Counted from the first letter of the stretch, positions 13,858 to 28,542 are shown. The stretch: 64,000 nucleotides of DNA from Octopus vulgaris (GCA_951406725.2 OX597837.1:43586001-43650000); one strand, 5' to 3'. A program made the numbers and translations. Notes: generated from the letters alone by a model not told the origin.

Positions 13858-14205
13858 TTCTTTTACTTGTTGCAGCACCGCTCTCTACAACTTTTAGTCG
13901 AATGAATCGACTTATTCTTTTACAAACTGGCACTTATACTATCAGTTACTTTTGCCGAACCGCTAAGTTGCAGGGACGAATATAGACCAAAACCAGTTGT
14001 CAAGTGATGGTAAAGGTCACACACACACACACACGCATATATATATATATATGTATCTACGATGGGCTTCTTTCAGTTTCCGTCTAACAGATCCACTCAT
14101 GAGTCTCTGATGAGCCCGAGGTTAATTCAAGAAACATGCCCAAGGTGCCAAGCAGTGGGACTGAACATGGAGTCATGTGGTTGGGAAACAAGATTATTAT
14201 CGCAC
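13855..14205 (-). mobile_element. SINE family B, diverged copy
   Basis: ttttgccgaaccgctaagtt...ttctttcagtttccgtcta...tgcccaaggtgcca...atgtggttggg. Confidence 0.75.
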
Positions 14206-14210
14206 GGACA

Positions 14211-14297
<87 letters not shown>

Positions 14298-14301
14298 CAT
14301 A

Positions 14302-15148
14302 CAGGGTGCAATGAGTAAATTGTTCTATCATTATTTTCGCACTTGCATATTGCTTCCTTTTGATTTTGTCGACTACACAGTATAGTTGGGTGAGTTGGGC
14401 ATCGTCTGTGATAAAATCAACACCATGACACAATTCACTCTGCCAGAAATTTGGAAACGACATGCTGTAGTGCTTGCCATTCTCGCCGGAAGCTCCAGTA
14501 AGAACATTTCAGATTGGTTGGGTGTCAACCTGAGGAAAGTGCAATCTAAGGACATGTACCGAGAGAGATAAAAACCAAACATCCAGTCAACATCATGGTG
14601 TTTGGAGTGATAACTAGTGATGGTGAAGTTATGCCTCCATTCATCTTCCCACATGGCCTCAGACGCAACACAGAGGACTACATCGAGTACCTGGAGGAGG
14701 TAGTGTGCCCTGGGTGAAGATTGCGTTTGCTGGGAGACCCTATATCGGACCACACAAGCAGGGAACCAAATCATGGCTGTCAGACAATTTCTGCGACCAC
14801 ATCACCCATATCATCAGGCCACCTAATTCTCCTGATTGCAAAACCGTTGATTTTTATATGGGGGACGCATTTGAGCGAGAGACCAACAAAACTTCTTGTA
14901 ACACCAAAGATGAACTGAAGGCAAGGATTATGGCAGCATTCACCAACTTAAACAAGGAGACTGTCCAGAAGAGTTGCAATAGATTCCAAAGTTGCCCAGA
15001 GGCCGTGACTGAAACCAATGACAATTTTATTGAATAAAATCATTCTTTAGTATCTCAAGATATTTTTATTTAATTTTGGTAAATACATATGTTAAAATGA
15101 GATGTCAGTGTTATTTTTTCATTTTAGCGTAATTTCGACGACGACAAT
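14302..15148 (+). mobile_element. Decayed, internally deleted Tc1/mariner element (maT/DD37D-like)
   Basis: Starts TA|CAGGGTG. Translated pieces KHPVNIMVFGVITSDGEVMPPFIFP and RPPNSPDCKTVDFY...NRFQSCPEAVTETNDNFIE*. A second copy lies at 60.5-61.3 kb. Confidence 0.88.
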
Positions 15149-15175
15149 ATATTTATGTATATATACATATGTATG

Positions 15176-15248
<73 letters not shown>

Positions 15249-16094
15249 TATATATATATAATTAAGAGATAGAACGTCCATAAAGTAATTCAATTAATAC
15301 TGAAAGGTATCATATAAATTTAAATATATAATTATTAATGTTCTACTAAAAATTTCTACACATTAAAACGACTTTATTATTAATATCGTGCTAAAAATTT
15401 CTATACTAAATAATATACATTAAACATTCACATATATGTATGTATGTATGTACGTATGTATGTATGTATGTATGTATGTATGTATGTATGTATGTATGTA
15501 TGTATGTATGTATGTATGTATGTATGTATGTATGTATGTATATATGTGTATATATATATATATATGTATATGTATGTATGTAATACGTACGTACGTATGT
15601 ATATACGGATATATGTATGTATGCATGTATGCGGCATGCATGTATGTATGTAAGTATACCAGACGGGCTTCTTTAAATGCAGAATATATATATGTGTAAC
15701 AGTTCAAATGTCTTCTGATTTCAAAACAGCAGATGTTGATTTGAGGGAAATTTAGCAGTGATCTTCTTAACCACTTATGTTGTAAACATGCGGTAGAAGT
15801 CTCTGACTCGAGGATACCTTCTTTTCCCATCCCTCATAAGCCTTGCCAATCGCCATAGGCAGTGCCTCACCTCCTGACGAGACAGACTACAAATTATCCG
15901 ATTTTTCTTTCGATTTTTTTTTCTTTCGTTTTTATAATGGTAGGGGATAAATCTGGGTCGGTTTGGCTGCTGCATCTGCTATTTCTGACATTCGGTTCTG
16001 CCACCTCGCTGCCTTTGACCTTGCATTGAATATTAATTACTATGACCTTTTGACTGGTGCCTCATCTGAGAACCCTAACTTGTTTGAGCAAAAT

Positions 16095-16370
16095 CTACCT
16101 TTATTATGTCTTTTCTATAATCATTTCTATACCCATTATTCTGATGAACTCCCTGATATAATACTCTCAGTCAAGACCTTTAAACGTGTCCCCTGATTCT
16201 CTTCCCAGGCGCATCGTTTCTCTTTTCGAACTTCCTGTTAATATAAGTCCTCTTAAATCAATAGCTTCCTTCTCCGAACTTCTGCTCTCTGGAACTCATT
16301 ACCATCGTCTTGTTTTACTTTGATCTATGACTTTCAATCCGTTAAGCTTTTTTGTCAATCAACATATTTT
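16095..16370 (+). pseudogene. CR1/L2-group LINE 3' ORF2 remnant
   Basis: LCLFYNHFYTHYSDEL...SFLLRTSALWNSLPSSCF matches the SFFxRTxxLWNSLP C-terminal motif. Confidence 0.7.
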
Positions 16371-16444
16371 TCTTTGGTGTATCTTAATGCAACGGTGGCC
16401 GTATGAATTGTTTAAGAACACACAAAGCACAAAACACAGAAACT

Positions 16445-16626
16445 GGCATTCCGTTGGTTACAACCTCGAGTGTTTCAGTTGATCCGATCAACGGAACAGC
16501 CTGCAAGCGAAATTAATGCACAATTCGCTGACCAATTCACAAACACACCTACCTTTATCGTAGTTCTCTGGGAGACGCAGCATGACACAAACCGGGTCAA
16601 GACTGGTCCTTCGAAATACAGGTACT
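16445..16626 (-). mobile_element. SINE family D, 3' part
   Basis: tcagttgatccgatcaacggaacagcctg...gaaattaatgcaca, homologous to the 32.4 and 43.0 kb copies. Confidence 0.7.
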
Positions 16627-17199
16627 GTCCATTTCTGATCGTGTATAAAAAAAAAAATCATATGCCACTTTCTCTTTCAAATCAGCAGCAAATGAATTCT
16701 GGGAGATTTGGTTGCTATTTCTAACGTATCGAACATCCACGTAGAGGTACGTTGGAATGTGATGAAGGATTGAATGCGATGCTGGTTTGTGTTGCAGGTA
16801 AGGGAGGCTGTGAATTTGATTGATTATTCTGTTTGTTTCTAAGTCAGGAACCAATTCTCTTAGGGCTTCCCGTCGACTGGAAGCAGTCATGAAGTTTTGT
16901 TCAAGAATGATTGAGAACTCTGGTGGGTTTCTGTTTATATGTTTTATTAATACGGTGACAGATCATGTAGATATGATTTTGAAAAACGCAACGTGATTTA
17001 CAGAACACAACGTCGTGGCACACCGTTTGGGAAATTAGAAATTCCCTTTAGTGACAATTGTTTTAGAAACAAACCTACTCAGGAATATCGACGAAAACGA
17101 AGATCCATTATAAGCGAAAGGTATTTGAAAATTAGAAACCACGTCACATGACGTCTTATTGATATAAATGAGTTGAAATTCTTCTTCTTCGTATTTTAT

Positions 17200-17702
17200 A
17201 TTTTTATCTTCTACTGGTTTCAGTCATTGGACTGCGGCCATGCTGGGGTACCGCCCTTCAACGAATCGATCGCAGAGATTATCTGAAGCCTGGTACTTAT
17301 TCCATTGGTTTCTATTTGCCGGACCGCTATGTTACGGGAACGTAAGTAAATAAATACAGGTTGTCAAACAGAAGCGGAGACAAATACAAAGACGCACATA
17401 CACATGCTTTTAAGGGTTTAGTAGAAAGAATCAATTCCAGTACTTATTCTTTTGTTAAGCCTGGTACATAGTCTATCAGCTCTTCGGCCGAACCGCTATG
17501 TTACGGGGGCGTAAACCAACCCTAATCGGTTGTCAAGCGGGAACAAACACAAATACAAAGACAACACATACACACTCACCCGTGCACACGCACACACACA
17601 TACATATATATGTGTGTGGGTAGGGTACGACAGCCTCCTTTCAGCTCCACTTTATTAAATCTACTCACAAGACACTGGTCGGCTCGGAGCTATGGTAGAA
17701 CG
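17200..17702 (-). mobile_element. Two tandem family B SINE fragments
   Basis: Repeated aagcctggtac...accgctatgttacggg...ggttgtcaa. Confidence 0.7.
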
Positions 17703-18575
17703 ACATAGTATAAGTAATATCTAGCATAGAGTAACAATTCATATAATAATTATAACAACAATAAGTGTTGCGAATAGTTACAATAATAATAATAGTTTTG
17801 GCAATAACTACAAATGTACAACTGATAACAAGTACAATAATTCTAGAACACTGGGGGAGACTGAGTAATGTTTATAGTAACTGCAGTATGACTTATGGTA
17901 ATTAAAGTGGTGATGGAGTCGTTGGCGTATAGCAATTCTACTGATTATGACTGTGTACCATTATAATGGTATGTGTTATCTAACCTGTAATATTCTCATC
18001 CCAGCTTTAACTAGAATATGTAATTGTGTAAGAAAGCATTTGAATGCGTACGTGGATCTGAATGCCGGACCAAAAGCATTCTTTGTGAATGTAATGTTCA
18101 GACTAATCTACATGCTTTCACTTTTATAGCTTCCACTTCCTCCATTTTAAATCCAGAACATATAATCAGCGTCATACATTCAGAAGGAGAGATAAAACGA
18201 AAACAATATCACTCTCCGCGAAGGTCTTGGAATTAAAGGACTAAAATATGCATTTTCGTCCAACGTGGAAGAGTGTTTGACACGGAAAGTCCTATGTTAG
18301 TGGTAGATATGATTGTAATCTCTGATGTTAGGAAGTATGGGAAATCTTAGAAAGCACGGATGGAGTTATCAAAAGATCGGATAAACTGAGGATCAAATGC
18401 TCACATTTTATCCGTAGAACTTCTCAACTCGTATACGAGTGGAGAGTTGCTTAACGTATTACATAATCTCGTGGATGTTGTGTATACACCGTATTTGATG
18501 TAGCATGTTTACGTCACAATAAAGATTTTTAAAGAAACAATTGTAGCAGGTCCAGATAAACTATTCGTCTGCTTT

Positions 18576-18621
<46 letters not shown>

Positions 18622-18674
18622 GCACGCATCTACTTACATATACAATTCGTCTGTTTATATATATGAGCGCGTGT

Positions 18675-18870
18675 GTATCGTTGGCGATTTTCTTCCTTCG
18701 TCTTCCCTTTCTTGGGCCTTTTCTTTTTCTATGTTTCTGACGAAGAGCCCCCGCTCGAAACCTTAAATCCTCCTTCTTTCTTTCCGTTCCTTTGTGTCCA
18801 ATAACACTATACTCGTTCCACGTCCTCGTGTTGTTGTGTTTTGTCTTCGTTCATGTTTGGAATAACTATA
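18675..18870 (+). mobile_element. Family H1 (subfamily b) unit with minimal hammerhead motif
   Basis: TTT-CTGACGA (18737-18743)-A-GAGC-CCCC-GCTC-GAAA (18757-18760). Homologous to 30405-30600 and (TA)n flanked. Confidence 0.72.
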
Positions 18871-19276
18871 TATATGTATATATATATATATAGGTATTAT
18901 GTATGCATATGTATATAGCAATCTAGGTACTGATACACCAAACTAATGATATAGCGAGCGAAGTGGTTTTACTTCATTAAAATTGTATCTGTATTAAGTG
19001 GAATGATCATTTTAATGATTGATGTTAGATAAAAAGGCAGGGTAGATAACCATATAATTTAAAGTAATTAAAATTCATTAGTAATAGTAATTAGAAGAAT
19101 GATAGCCTCTGAAATGCTGTCAGTAGCGAAAGTAATTTCATCCGAATAAATGATGCTGTGCTGTGCATGAGTGATGAGTCAAGATAGATTGTGTTTATTA
19201 GTCTGAAGCGAAGCCATTAATTTTTTTTAAACTGACGTAACTGTGAACGTGGTCCGGGCAGAAGATAAATAGTAAA

Positions 19277-19636
19277 GCGGCGAGCTGGCAGAAACGTTAG
19301 CATGCCGGGCGAAATGCTTAGCGGTATTTTGTCTGCCGCTATGTTCCGAGTTCAAATTCCGCCGAGGTCGACTTTGCCTTTCATCCTTTCGGGGTCGATT
19401 AAATAAGTACCAGTTGCGCACTGGTGTCGATATAATCGACTTAATCCGTTTGTCTGTCCGTGTTTGTTCTCTCTGTGTTTAGCCCCTTGTGGGTAGTAAA
19501 GAAAAAGGTATTTTGTCTGCCGTTACGTTCTGAGTTCAAAATCCGCCGAGGTCGACTTTGCCTGTCATCCTTTCGGGGTCGATTAAATAAGTACCAGCTA
19601 CGCACTGGAGTCGATATAATCGACTTAATCCGTTTG
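19277..19636 (+). mobile_element. SINE family A (tRNA-derived, Meta-like core): full copy plus tandem partial copy
   Basis: gagctggcagaaacgttagca...gagttcaaattcc (B box)...gtcgactttgcctttcatcctttcggggtcgattaaataagtaccag. Confidence 0.9.
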
Positions 19637-19674
19637 TGTGTGTGTGTGTTATATGCGTATCTATGTGCATGTGT

Positions 19675-19845
19675 ATTTGTGTCTTGGTCTGTTTACGTTC
19701 CCGTAATTTAGTGGTTCGGCAAAATAGACCGATAGAATAAGTACAAGACTTAAAACAAAAATAAGTACTGGTGTCGATTTGCTCGACAAAAAAAAGCCAT
19801 CAAGGCGGTGCTCCAGCATGTTCGCAGTCAAATGATAAAAGAAGA
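19675..19845 (+). mobile_element. SINE family B, 3' half
   Basis: gttcggcaaaatagaccgatagaataagtac...ggcggtgctccagcatg. Confidence 0.8.
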
Positions 19846-19989
19846 TGAAAAACCTTTTATATTTCCTGTGCTGCATTGTCGAATACAGCTACCTTACAGC
19901 AGAAAGCATTGGTCCTTAGGTTACTCCTTCAAAAACAGAATGCATCTGGTACAGTTAGACGGGGTCAATTAACACAAATAAAACCCTTT

Positions 19990-20300
19990 GGAATCGGTAA
20001 ACTTTCTTTTCACAACTTGGAAAGAAGCCGCGTATTTGTAGTAAAAGATATAAAAATTTCGTCTCGTGGAAACAAGGGAATCTCTTGATGGCTTCATTGT
20101 TAATTGGATGTCATCGATCTCTGATTAAGCTTCTTCTTTCCCACGGTGGGACCAGCTATGTGCACAAGGTCGCTGCTAGAAAACTTAGCAAACACTTGAA
20201 GGCAGGACTTGGGGACGCTCGTCTCCGCTTGTCCAGAATTGTTTGTTTAAAATGTGTTCGATCAAACAAAGAATGGATGACGGTCTTCTTGCAATCAATG
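19990..20300 (+). pseudogene. Possible decayed RTE-type RT fragment
   Basis: GNKGIS (compare GNYRGISL) and later LFV*NVFD (compare FVDLxKAFD), in the expected order but heavily disrupted. Confidence 0.33.
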
Positions 20301-20309
20301 ATGCCATTA

Positions 20310-20488
20310 GAAAGAGAGAGAGAGCGCGGGAGAGAGAAAATAAGGGAGAGACAGGAAAAGAGAGACAAGGAGAGCAGGAGAGAGAGAAACAGAGAGAGAC
20401 AGACAGACAGACAGATAGAAGCAGAGAGAGAGCAGGAGAGACAGAGAGAGACTGATAAATAACCAGTTAGACAGACAACAAATCAGAG

Positions 20489-20520
<32 letters not shown>

Positions 20521-20668
20521 GAGAGAGGGGGGGAAGAGAGAGAAAGAGAGAGAATGAGGGAGAGACAGAAAAAGAGAGAGAGTGGGAGAGCGGGAGAGAG
20601 AGAAACAGAGAGAGACAGACAGACAGATAGAAACACAGAGAGCAGGAGGGAGCAGGAGAGAGAAAGAT
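20310..20668. repeat. (GA)n/(GACA)n/(GATA)n purine-rich field
   Basis: Directly visible. Confidence 0.93.
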
Positions 20669-20714
20669 GCATGCTTTTATTTATGATATTGCTCGAGGAC
20701 TAATCAAGAACCCC

Positions 20715-20870
20715 TTAGTGGCAGTTTCCAATGGACATGTCGGTCTCCACTGTGGCATGGATCTTGGTCAACCAACTCTCTACTCATACGTAACGTAGCC
20801 CCGCAGGCCTCACGAACGCTATGCGAGATCGTGATGGATGTCGTAATCGAACAGATGAAAACTAGAAAGC
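20715..20870 (+). pseudogene. RTE-like LINE C-terminal remnant
   Basis: GLTNAMRDRDGCRNR resembles the RTE terminal motif LxxAMxDRxxWR. Confidence 0.45.
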
Positions 20871-21784
20871 AATGAAGAATGAGCCTCATATTTGACAATA
20901 TGGTGACATTATGGTTTGTTTACTAAAGAAATTTTAAACGTCCTGTTTGCGAGTGGGCAGACGATCAAGAAAAGATATTCAGTGTATCATTAAACGCTTA
21001 ACATTATAAGACTTAAAGTAATTGCTATCAGTCGCAGATAGTATTAATAAAAACAAACCCACTCTTAAATATCGAAAGATTAAAAGCTATTATAAGCCAT
21101 AGATCGTGGAAATAGCTGAAGATCAGATGTCAGCTCTCATTGTTATAAATATATGAGTTGAATTCTTTTCTGTGCATGGTTTATTTCTTCGAATTTCAAA
21201 CTGATATATTAAACAAACAATAAATTGCTGCAAAAGATAGGCATTACCATTGGATACAATGGAACACAACCAACGTTGGATAAAGTCTAATGGTATCGAA
21301 GCAAGAAAGCTAGCCGAGATGACATTCGCTAATCCTCCCAGATAAAAATAAGCAGAACACATCTAATACGATAAGTATAGCATAAACAATACGAAAGGAC
21401 ACGACTGCAAGTTTTGGAATCTACATAACAAAAGAATAAACTGCTATAAAATAGAGATTAAAACGGCATAGTTTTAAGGGAAGTGGTTATTTTAAAGATA
21501 TGCGTTTCAAAATAGGAAGGAAAAAGAAAAGTATTCCGACAAAATTCTATAGAACGAATGGCTGTGTCAACACAGACAAATTAGATAAGGTAGCTATATT
21601 ATAAATATTTTCGAAATCCGTTTTAGAAAAAGAATCTAAGTACAAAAAGAAAAATGGTTGCTTAGAAAATTATACGACAGTTATAGACATCGAAAGAAAT
21701 GTTTGTTGTTTTATTGTGAGAGATTTTGAGACTTCTCTGAAGAAATCCTGGAGATGGAAAATCCTTAATATTAGTACATATTAA

Positions 21785-22192
21785 TGATTGTGTGGTTAAG
21801 AACCACGCTTTGCAGTTACATGGTTTCGGGTTCAGTCCTACTGCGTGGCATATTAGCAAGTATCTTTTATTTACATTAGTCCTTGACCGACCAATGCCTT
21901 GTAGTCAGATTTTGTGGACGGAAAGTGTGTAATAGCTCTTTGCTCGTGTGTGTATGTGTCTATCTCTCTCTCTGTTTTGCTGTTTCTGTTTATTTCTCCA
22001 CCACCATTTGACAACTGGTATCGGTTTGTCTGCGTCCCCGTAATTTAACGGTTCTGCAAGAAGGAGGCGATAGAATAAGTGCCAAGCCATTAAAAAATTA
22101 GTATTAGGCCAATTTGTTCGACTAAATCCTTCAAGGCGGTGCCCCAGCATGGCCGCAGTCCAATGACAGGCAAGTTGAGGAAAAGGTAAAAG
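21785..22192 (+). mobile_element. SINE family B, diverged full-length copy
   Basis: Head, internal (TG)/(TC) tract and ggcggtgccccagcatggccgcagtc tail. Confidence 0.8.
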
Positions 22193-22217
22193 ATATGGCT
22201 GGTATGTATGTTATCGA

Positions 22218-22525
22218 CACATGGCTCAATGGTTAGAGCGTGGAGCTCACAATCATGCGGTAGTGAGTTCGAATCCTGGACTGGGCTGCGTGTTGTGTTC
22301 TTGAGCAAGACACTTCATTTTCATGTTGCTCCAGTTCACTCAGCTGTAGAAATGGGTTACGACGTCACTGGTTCGAAGCTGTGTTGGCCTTTGCCTTCAC
22401 ATTGGATAAGATCGTGGTGCATTGGCGATTGCGGGTCTTCTATAAACATCTTGCTTGGATTTGTACCTCGGAGGAGATCATTCTAGGTGCAATCCCATGG
22501 TCATCATGGCCGAAGGGGTTTTTCA
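22218..22525 (+). mobile_element. tRNA-derived SINE, family E
   Basis: A box TGGCTCAATGG, B box GAGTTCGAATCC. The 3' part is homologous to 42750-42950 (-). Confidence 0.78.
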
Positions 22526-22574
22526 CCCTTTTACCATTTACCCTACGAATGACAAAGGAATTAGAAGTCACAAA

Positions 22575-23040
22575 TTATTGGTTTCAAATTTTGGCACAAG
22601 GCCAGCAACTTCGGAGTGAGAGGAGGAAGTCGATTACACCGAGCCCTGTGCTCAGTGGTACTTATTTTATCGACCCCGAAGGATGAAATGCAAAGTCAAC
22701 CTCGGGGAAATTCGAACACAGAACGTAAAAACGGACAAAATACCGTTAAGCATTTTGTCCGGCGTTCTAACAGTTCTGCCAGGTCACTGCTTTAATTCTG
22801 GCAATAATATCAATCTTGATTAGAAGGCGGTGAGCTAACAGAATCGTTAGCACACCGGTCTAAATGATTAGCGGTACTTCGTCCGGCTTTACGTTCTGAG
22901 TTCAAATTTCGCTGAGGTCGACTTTGCCTTTCAGCCTCTCGAGGTTGAAAAACAAAAAGAAGAACCATTTGAACACTGGGGTTAATGTAATCGACTTGCC
23001 CACCTCGAATTTGCTGGCCTTGGGCCAAAAGTTGAAACCA
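22575..23040. mobile_element. Two head-to-head family A-related SINEs (22575-22790 -, 22825-23040 +)
   Basis: ggtacttattttatcgaccccgaaggatgaaatgcaaagtcaacctcg followed by ggcggtgagctaacagaatcgttagca...gtcgactttgcctttca. Confidence 0.78.
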
Positions 23041-23114
23041 ATCTTAATCCTGATAGTAACCAGAAAGAGAAAAGAAAAACAAGAAAATATAATAAATATA
23101 TAAATAAATAAATA

Positions 23115-23482
23115 GGGGCAGGTGTGGCTGTGTGGTAAAGAGCTTGCTTACCCAACCACATGGTTCTGGGTGAGCTCCACTGCATGGTACGCTGGGCAAA
23201 GGCCTTCTATTATAGCCTAGGGCCGACCAAAGCCTCTTGAGTGAATATGGTAGACAGACACTGAAAGGAGCCCGCTGAATATATGCATATAATTATGTGT
23301 GTGTTTTTTTGTGTCTGTATTTGTTCTCCCACCATCACCGCTTGTTTGTATCTTCTGTGTTTAGCCCCCGAAAGAATGAAAGGCAAAGTCGACCTCTCCA
23401 GAATCTGAACTCAGAACGTAAAGACAGACGAAATACCCCTAAGCATTTCGCCCGACGTGCTAACGTTTCTGCCAGCCTGCCA
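23115..23482. mobile_element. Family B SINE 5' part (+) abutting a family A SINE 5' part (-)
   Basis: ggcaggtgtggctgtgtggtaaagagcttgc; gaaaggcaaagtcgacc...gctaacgtttctgccagc. Confidence 0.75.
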
Positions 23483-23678
23483 GCGATAAAATTTTAGCAA
23501 AAAAAAAAAGAGGCGTGAAACTATACAGCACAGACTTAATGAAAACAGATACGAAAATCATTATGACTATTATAACCCAAATAACATAGGCAGGAAGGTG
23601 TTTCCTTCCCTATCAGAAGTTACTGATAGAAAAAATTAAGACCCGACCAAACGACGAAGGAAACAATTATATAGAATA

Positions 23679-24071
23679 CTAGCAGTATCGCCCGGCGTTG
23701 CTCGGGTTGTAAGGGAAATAACTATATAAGCATTTTTAGAGATGTAAAGTATAATAGCCATCTCAATACGGCTAACCACAAAGGGGGGTGTTACTGTAGC
23801 TTTTTACGTTCTGAGATTTAATAATAAATTTTTAGAGAGCTACTTCCCTTATATATGCCAAAAATGCATTAAAAATGGGAAAAATTGATGGTAATTTTTT
23901 TTAAATCGTAGACTCATCGTAGACGCACGCTAATACCCAGAAGGGCTCGAATATGAATCACGACTATAAGATACCCGGTTTTGGTTAAACTGCACCGCAA
24001 AATGTGGGAGTAGTTAGGAATCTAAATCGTAGGAGACAGACACCACACAACCTCTCTTTTATATATAAAGA
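23679..24071 (-). mobile_element. Non-autonomous Helitron
   Basis: Minus strand 5' A|TCTTTATATATAAA, 3' hairpin CCCGAGCAACGCCGGG followed by CGATACTG-CTAG|T. AT insertion site, no TSD. Confidence 0.85.
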
Positions 24072-24229
24072 TATATATTGAAAATGATGAAAGAAAATAT
24101 GAGAAACAATCTCCAATGAGAGTAATCGCTTACAAACACAATCGAACATGAGAAAGATAATACAAAAATATGTATGTATGTATGTATATACATAAATATA
24201 TAAATATATATGTAAATACATAAATATAT

Positions 24230-24293
<64 letters not shown>

Positions 24294-24625
24294 CAGAATC
24301 AATAAACAAGTCTCCGGAATCAAAGAGCGCATGAAACAACAGATCGTCGCCAAACCACAATAAATTCTTTTAGCATGAAAAGCCACGATGATTCTTTGAA
24401 TGAAACGAAAGTCGTTCAACAGAATCCCAGAAGATATACGTAAAAGTAAAACAGAAATCAAAACAGCAGCCACATCAAGAGAAATCGGAATACTGTTTTT
24501 GGACTATGAACAGGGGAAGAATCCCCGCGGATGGCATTTTCTTTTTTTCAAAACAAATGAAGTATATGATCAAATGTTGGACAATGTTTTCCCCCAAGTA
24601 GCACCCAGATACTTCATATAATAAA

Positions 24626-24636
24626 GTGATGATGAT

Positions 24637-24713
<77 letters not shown>

Positions 24714-24733
24714 TAATAATAATTATTATAATG

Positions 24734-24812
<79 letters not shown>

Positions 24813-24873
24813 TAACAATAACAATAATAATAATAATAATAATAACAATAATAATAATAATAATGATAATAAT

Positions 24874-24911
<38 letters not shown>

Positions 24912-24949
24912 TAACAACAATAACAATAATAATAATAATAATAATAACG

Positions 24950-25022
<73 letters not shown>

Positions 25023-25045
25023 CAATAACAAGGATGATGACGATA

Positions 25046-25079
<34 letters not shown>

Positions 25080-25108
25080 CGATGATTAAGATAATAATAA
25101 TAACAATT
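24626..25108. repeat. (AAT)n/(GAT)n array
   Basis: Directly visible. Confidence 0.95.
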
Positions 25109-25892
25109 ATTCATTACTGCAAATAGACTGCATCCCATCTAACAGCTGTTTCTGTTTCCAATGTACGGAATTGCCATTGATATGCAATTAATATGTCATT
25201 ATACAAGCACGTGAACTTATGACAAGTGTGTTGCACTAAATTATGGAACTTCATCGCGGTTTCGGTTCATGTACAGAGTTAGCTGTTTATCTTGGCCGGC
25301 ATCACCCGGTAATACGCCACCACCATCCTCACCATGCATGGCCTCCGCCTACAAACAGTTTGGACCCCGGCTCCGTTCTGAGAATCGTAATTTCCGCATC
25401 ACCCATCAGTCACGTAGATGCTGCACAGGGTGAAGGATACAAACTGGAATCTTTCGTGATTAAAAAAATACAAAGGAAAACACAGCATTGTGCCCAAGTT
25501 TGGTAAAGCTCTTTTCGGTTGCTCCAAATACTTATTACCATGATTATATATATTTCAGAAGGCTATAATTTCGTAGTAGTTTTGTGCGAAGGACTAAAAT
25601 CGTTACGGCATTAGGTTATCTAAGTTTCTTATAGAATGACGTTATTGGAGTTGTTTCAGCTCAGAGACAAACTAACAGAATCTATTGATTTGTAAAGTAG
25701 TTACAGCACTTCTTTCTTTTCTCGTTTTATCTACAGTTTAGATACAACTTTGTATCATTAGGGTAAGTTCTGGAAACAAGTACATCTACTATTACATTGC
25801 AATTTTGCAATTTGTCCCTTAATATCTATGCATGTGTCTGTATGCATGTATATTTATATATATGTATGCATGTATATTTATATATATGTCTG

Positions 25893-25990
<98 letters not shown>

Positions 25991-26468
25991 GCTATATATA
26001 TACATGTGTGTGTATGTATATATAAGTATTTGTTAAAATATATAAATATACAAATATATATATATGTCTATGTGAATATATATGTATATATGTGTATGTG
26101 TATGTGTGCATACATGTGTATATATATAAATGTGTGTGTAAGAGTTTGTATAAATAAATACATATATATGTATATATATATATATACTAGCTGTATATGA
26201 AAAGGCGTATCTGGATAAATCGACAGATCAATACGAAGATAGCTGGGGGCATACACACACACTCATACACTCACACACACACACACACACACACAGACAC
26301 ACGCACAGACACACGCACACACACACGTGTACATAGATGTACATATATTCCTAAATACACACTCTGAAAGACAGACGGATAAATACAGACATATTTGGGT
26401 AAATACAATCGTAGTTAGATAAATAAACCGATAAAGATATCGGGGATGAATCAGACACACATATATAC

Positions 26469-26531
<63 letters not shown>

Positions 26532-26812
26532 ACTAGGTGTCAATCGATGTTTAAGCTATGCTTTAAGAGGATTGCGTCTATCCAAGTGAACAATTGCTTA
26601 GCAAGACAAACATACACACAGCTAAGCTGACACTAATCTAGTCTATGCTCTTCTCTTCTGCTCCTATGTAATCTGATTTTCTACAGAGACGTGCTTAAGG
26701 TCTTCGAGTCCATTTCAGAACTGTTGACGGAAGGAACACCGCCACCTCAACGAAATATATATATTGAGTCAACAGTAGTCAGAATAAATACACACAAATA
26801 TGTATGTGTGTA

Positions 26813-26889
<77 letters not shown>

Positions 26890-27334
26890 GTATATGGATA
26901 ATACATATACATATTCGTATTTGTATGCACGGTTGCGGAGAGATCGATAGAAGTACCAGACCAAGTAATTAATCGGGAAAATATGATCGATTTAATCCAT
27001 TGAAAGCGGTGCCCCAGTAGGGCCGCAAGCCGATGACTGAAGCCAGCAACAGAACGGAAGTGAGGTCGTCGCCACATTTAAAACCAAAGAAGAGTAATTC
27101 AACTTTATGTGTGTATACTCTGTATACACTCATCGCGCAGTACAGATTTTTGTGTACGTTAATATGATGTTGCGCGAGCGAGTATCTGTGAACGTAAATG
27201 TGTGTGTATGTGTGTGTATATACATATATGTGTGTGTGTATATGTATATACTCAAAGGGCGTGAGAGAGTAGACAGACAGACATACATTTAGATAGATAT
27301 GTATGTAGGTAGGTAAACAGACAAGCAGACACAC

Positions 27335-27409
<75 letters not shown>

Positions 27410-27459
27410 CATACATTAATGTTTCTTTGTGAGCCTGATGAAGGAGTGCAAGTTGAAAT

Positions 27460-28392
<933 letters not shown>

Positions 28393-28463
28393 GTTTTGGT
28401 TAGTTAAGGAATCTTCGGACTACACACACACACACACATATATGTATATCAATATATATATAC

Positions 28464-28539
<76 letters not shown>

Positions 28540-28542
<3 letters not shown>

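Noticed and set aside
14107-14135. CTGATGA core
   Set aside because: A mutated position within a family B SINE; no stems.
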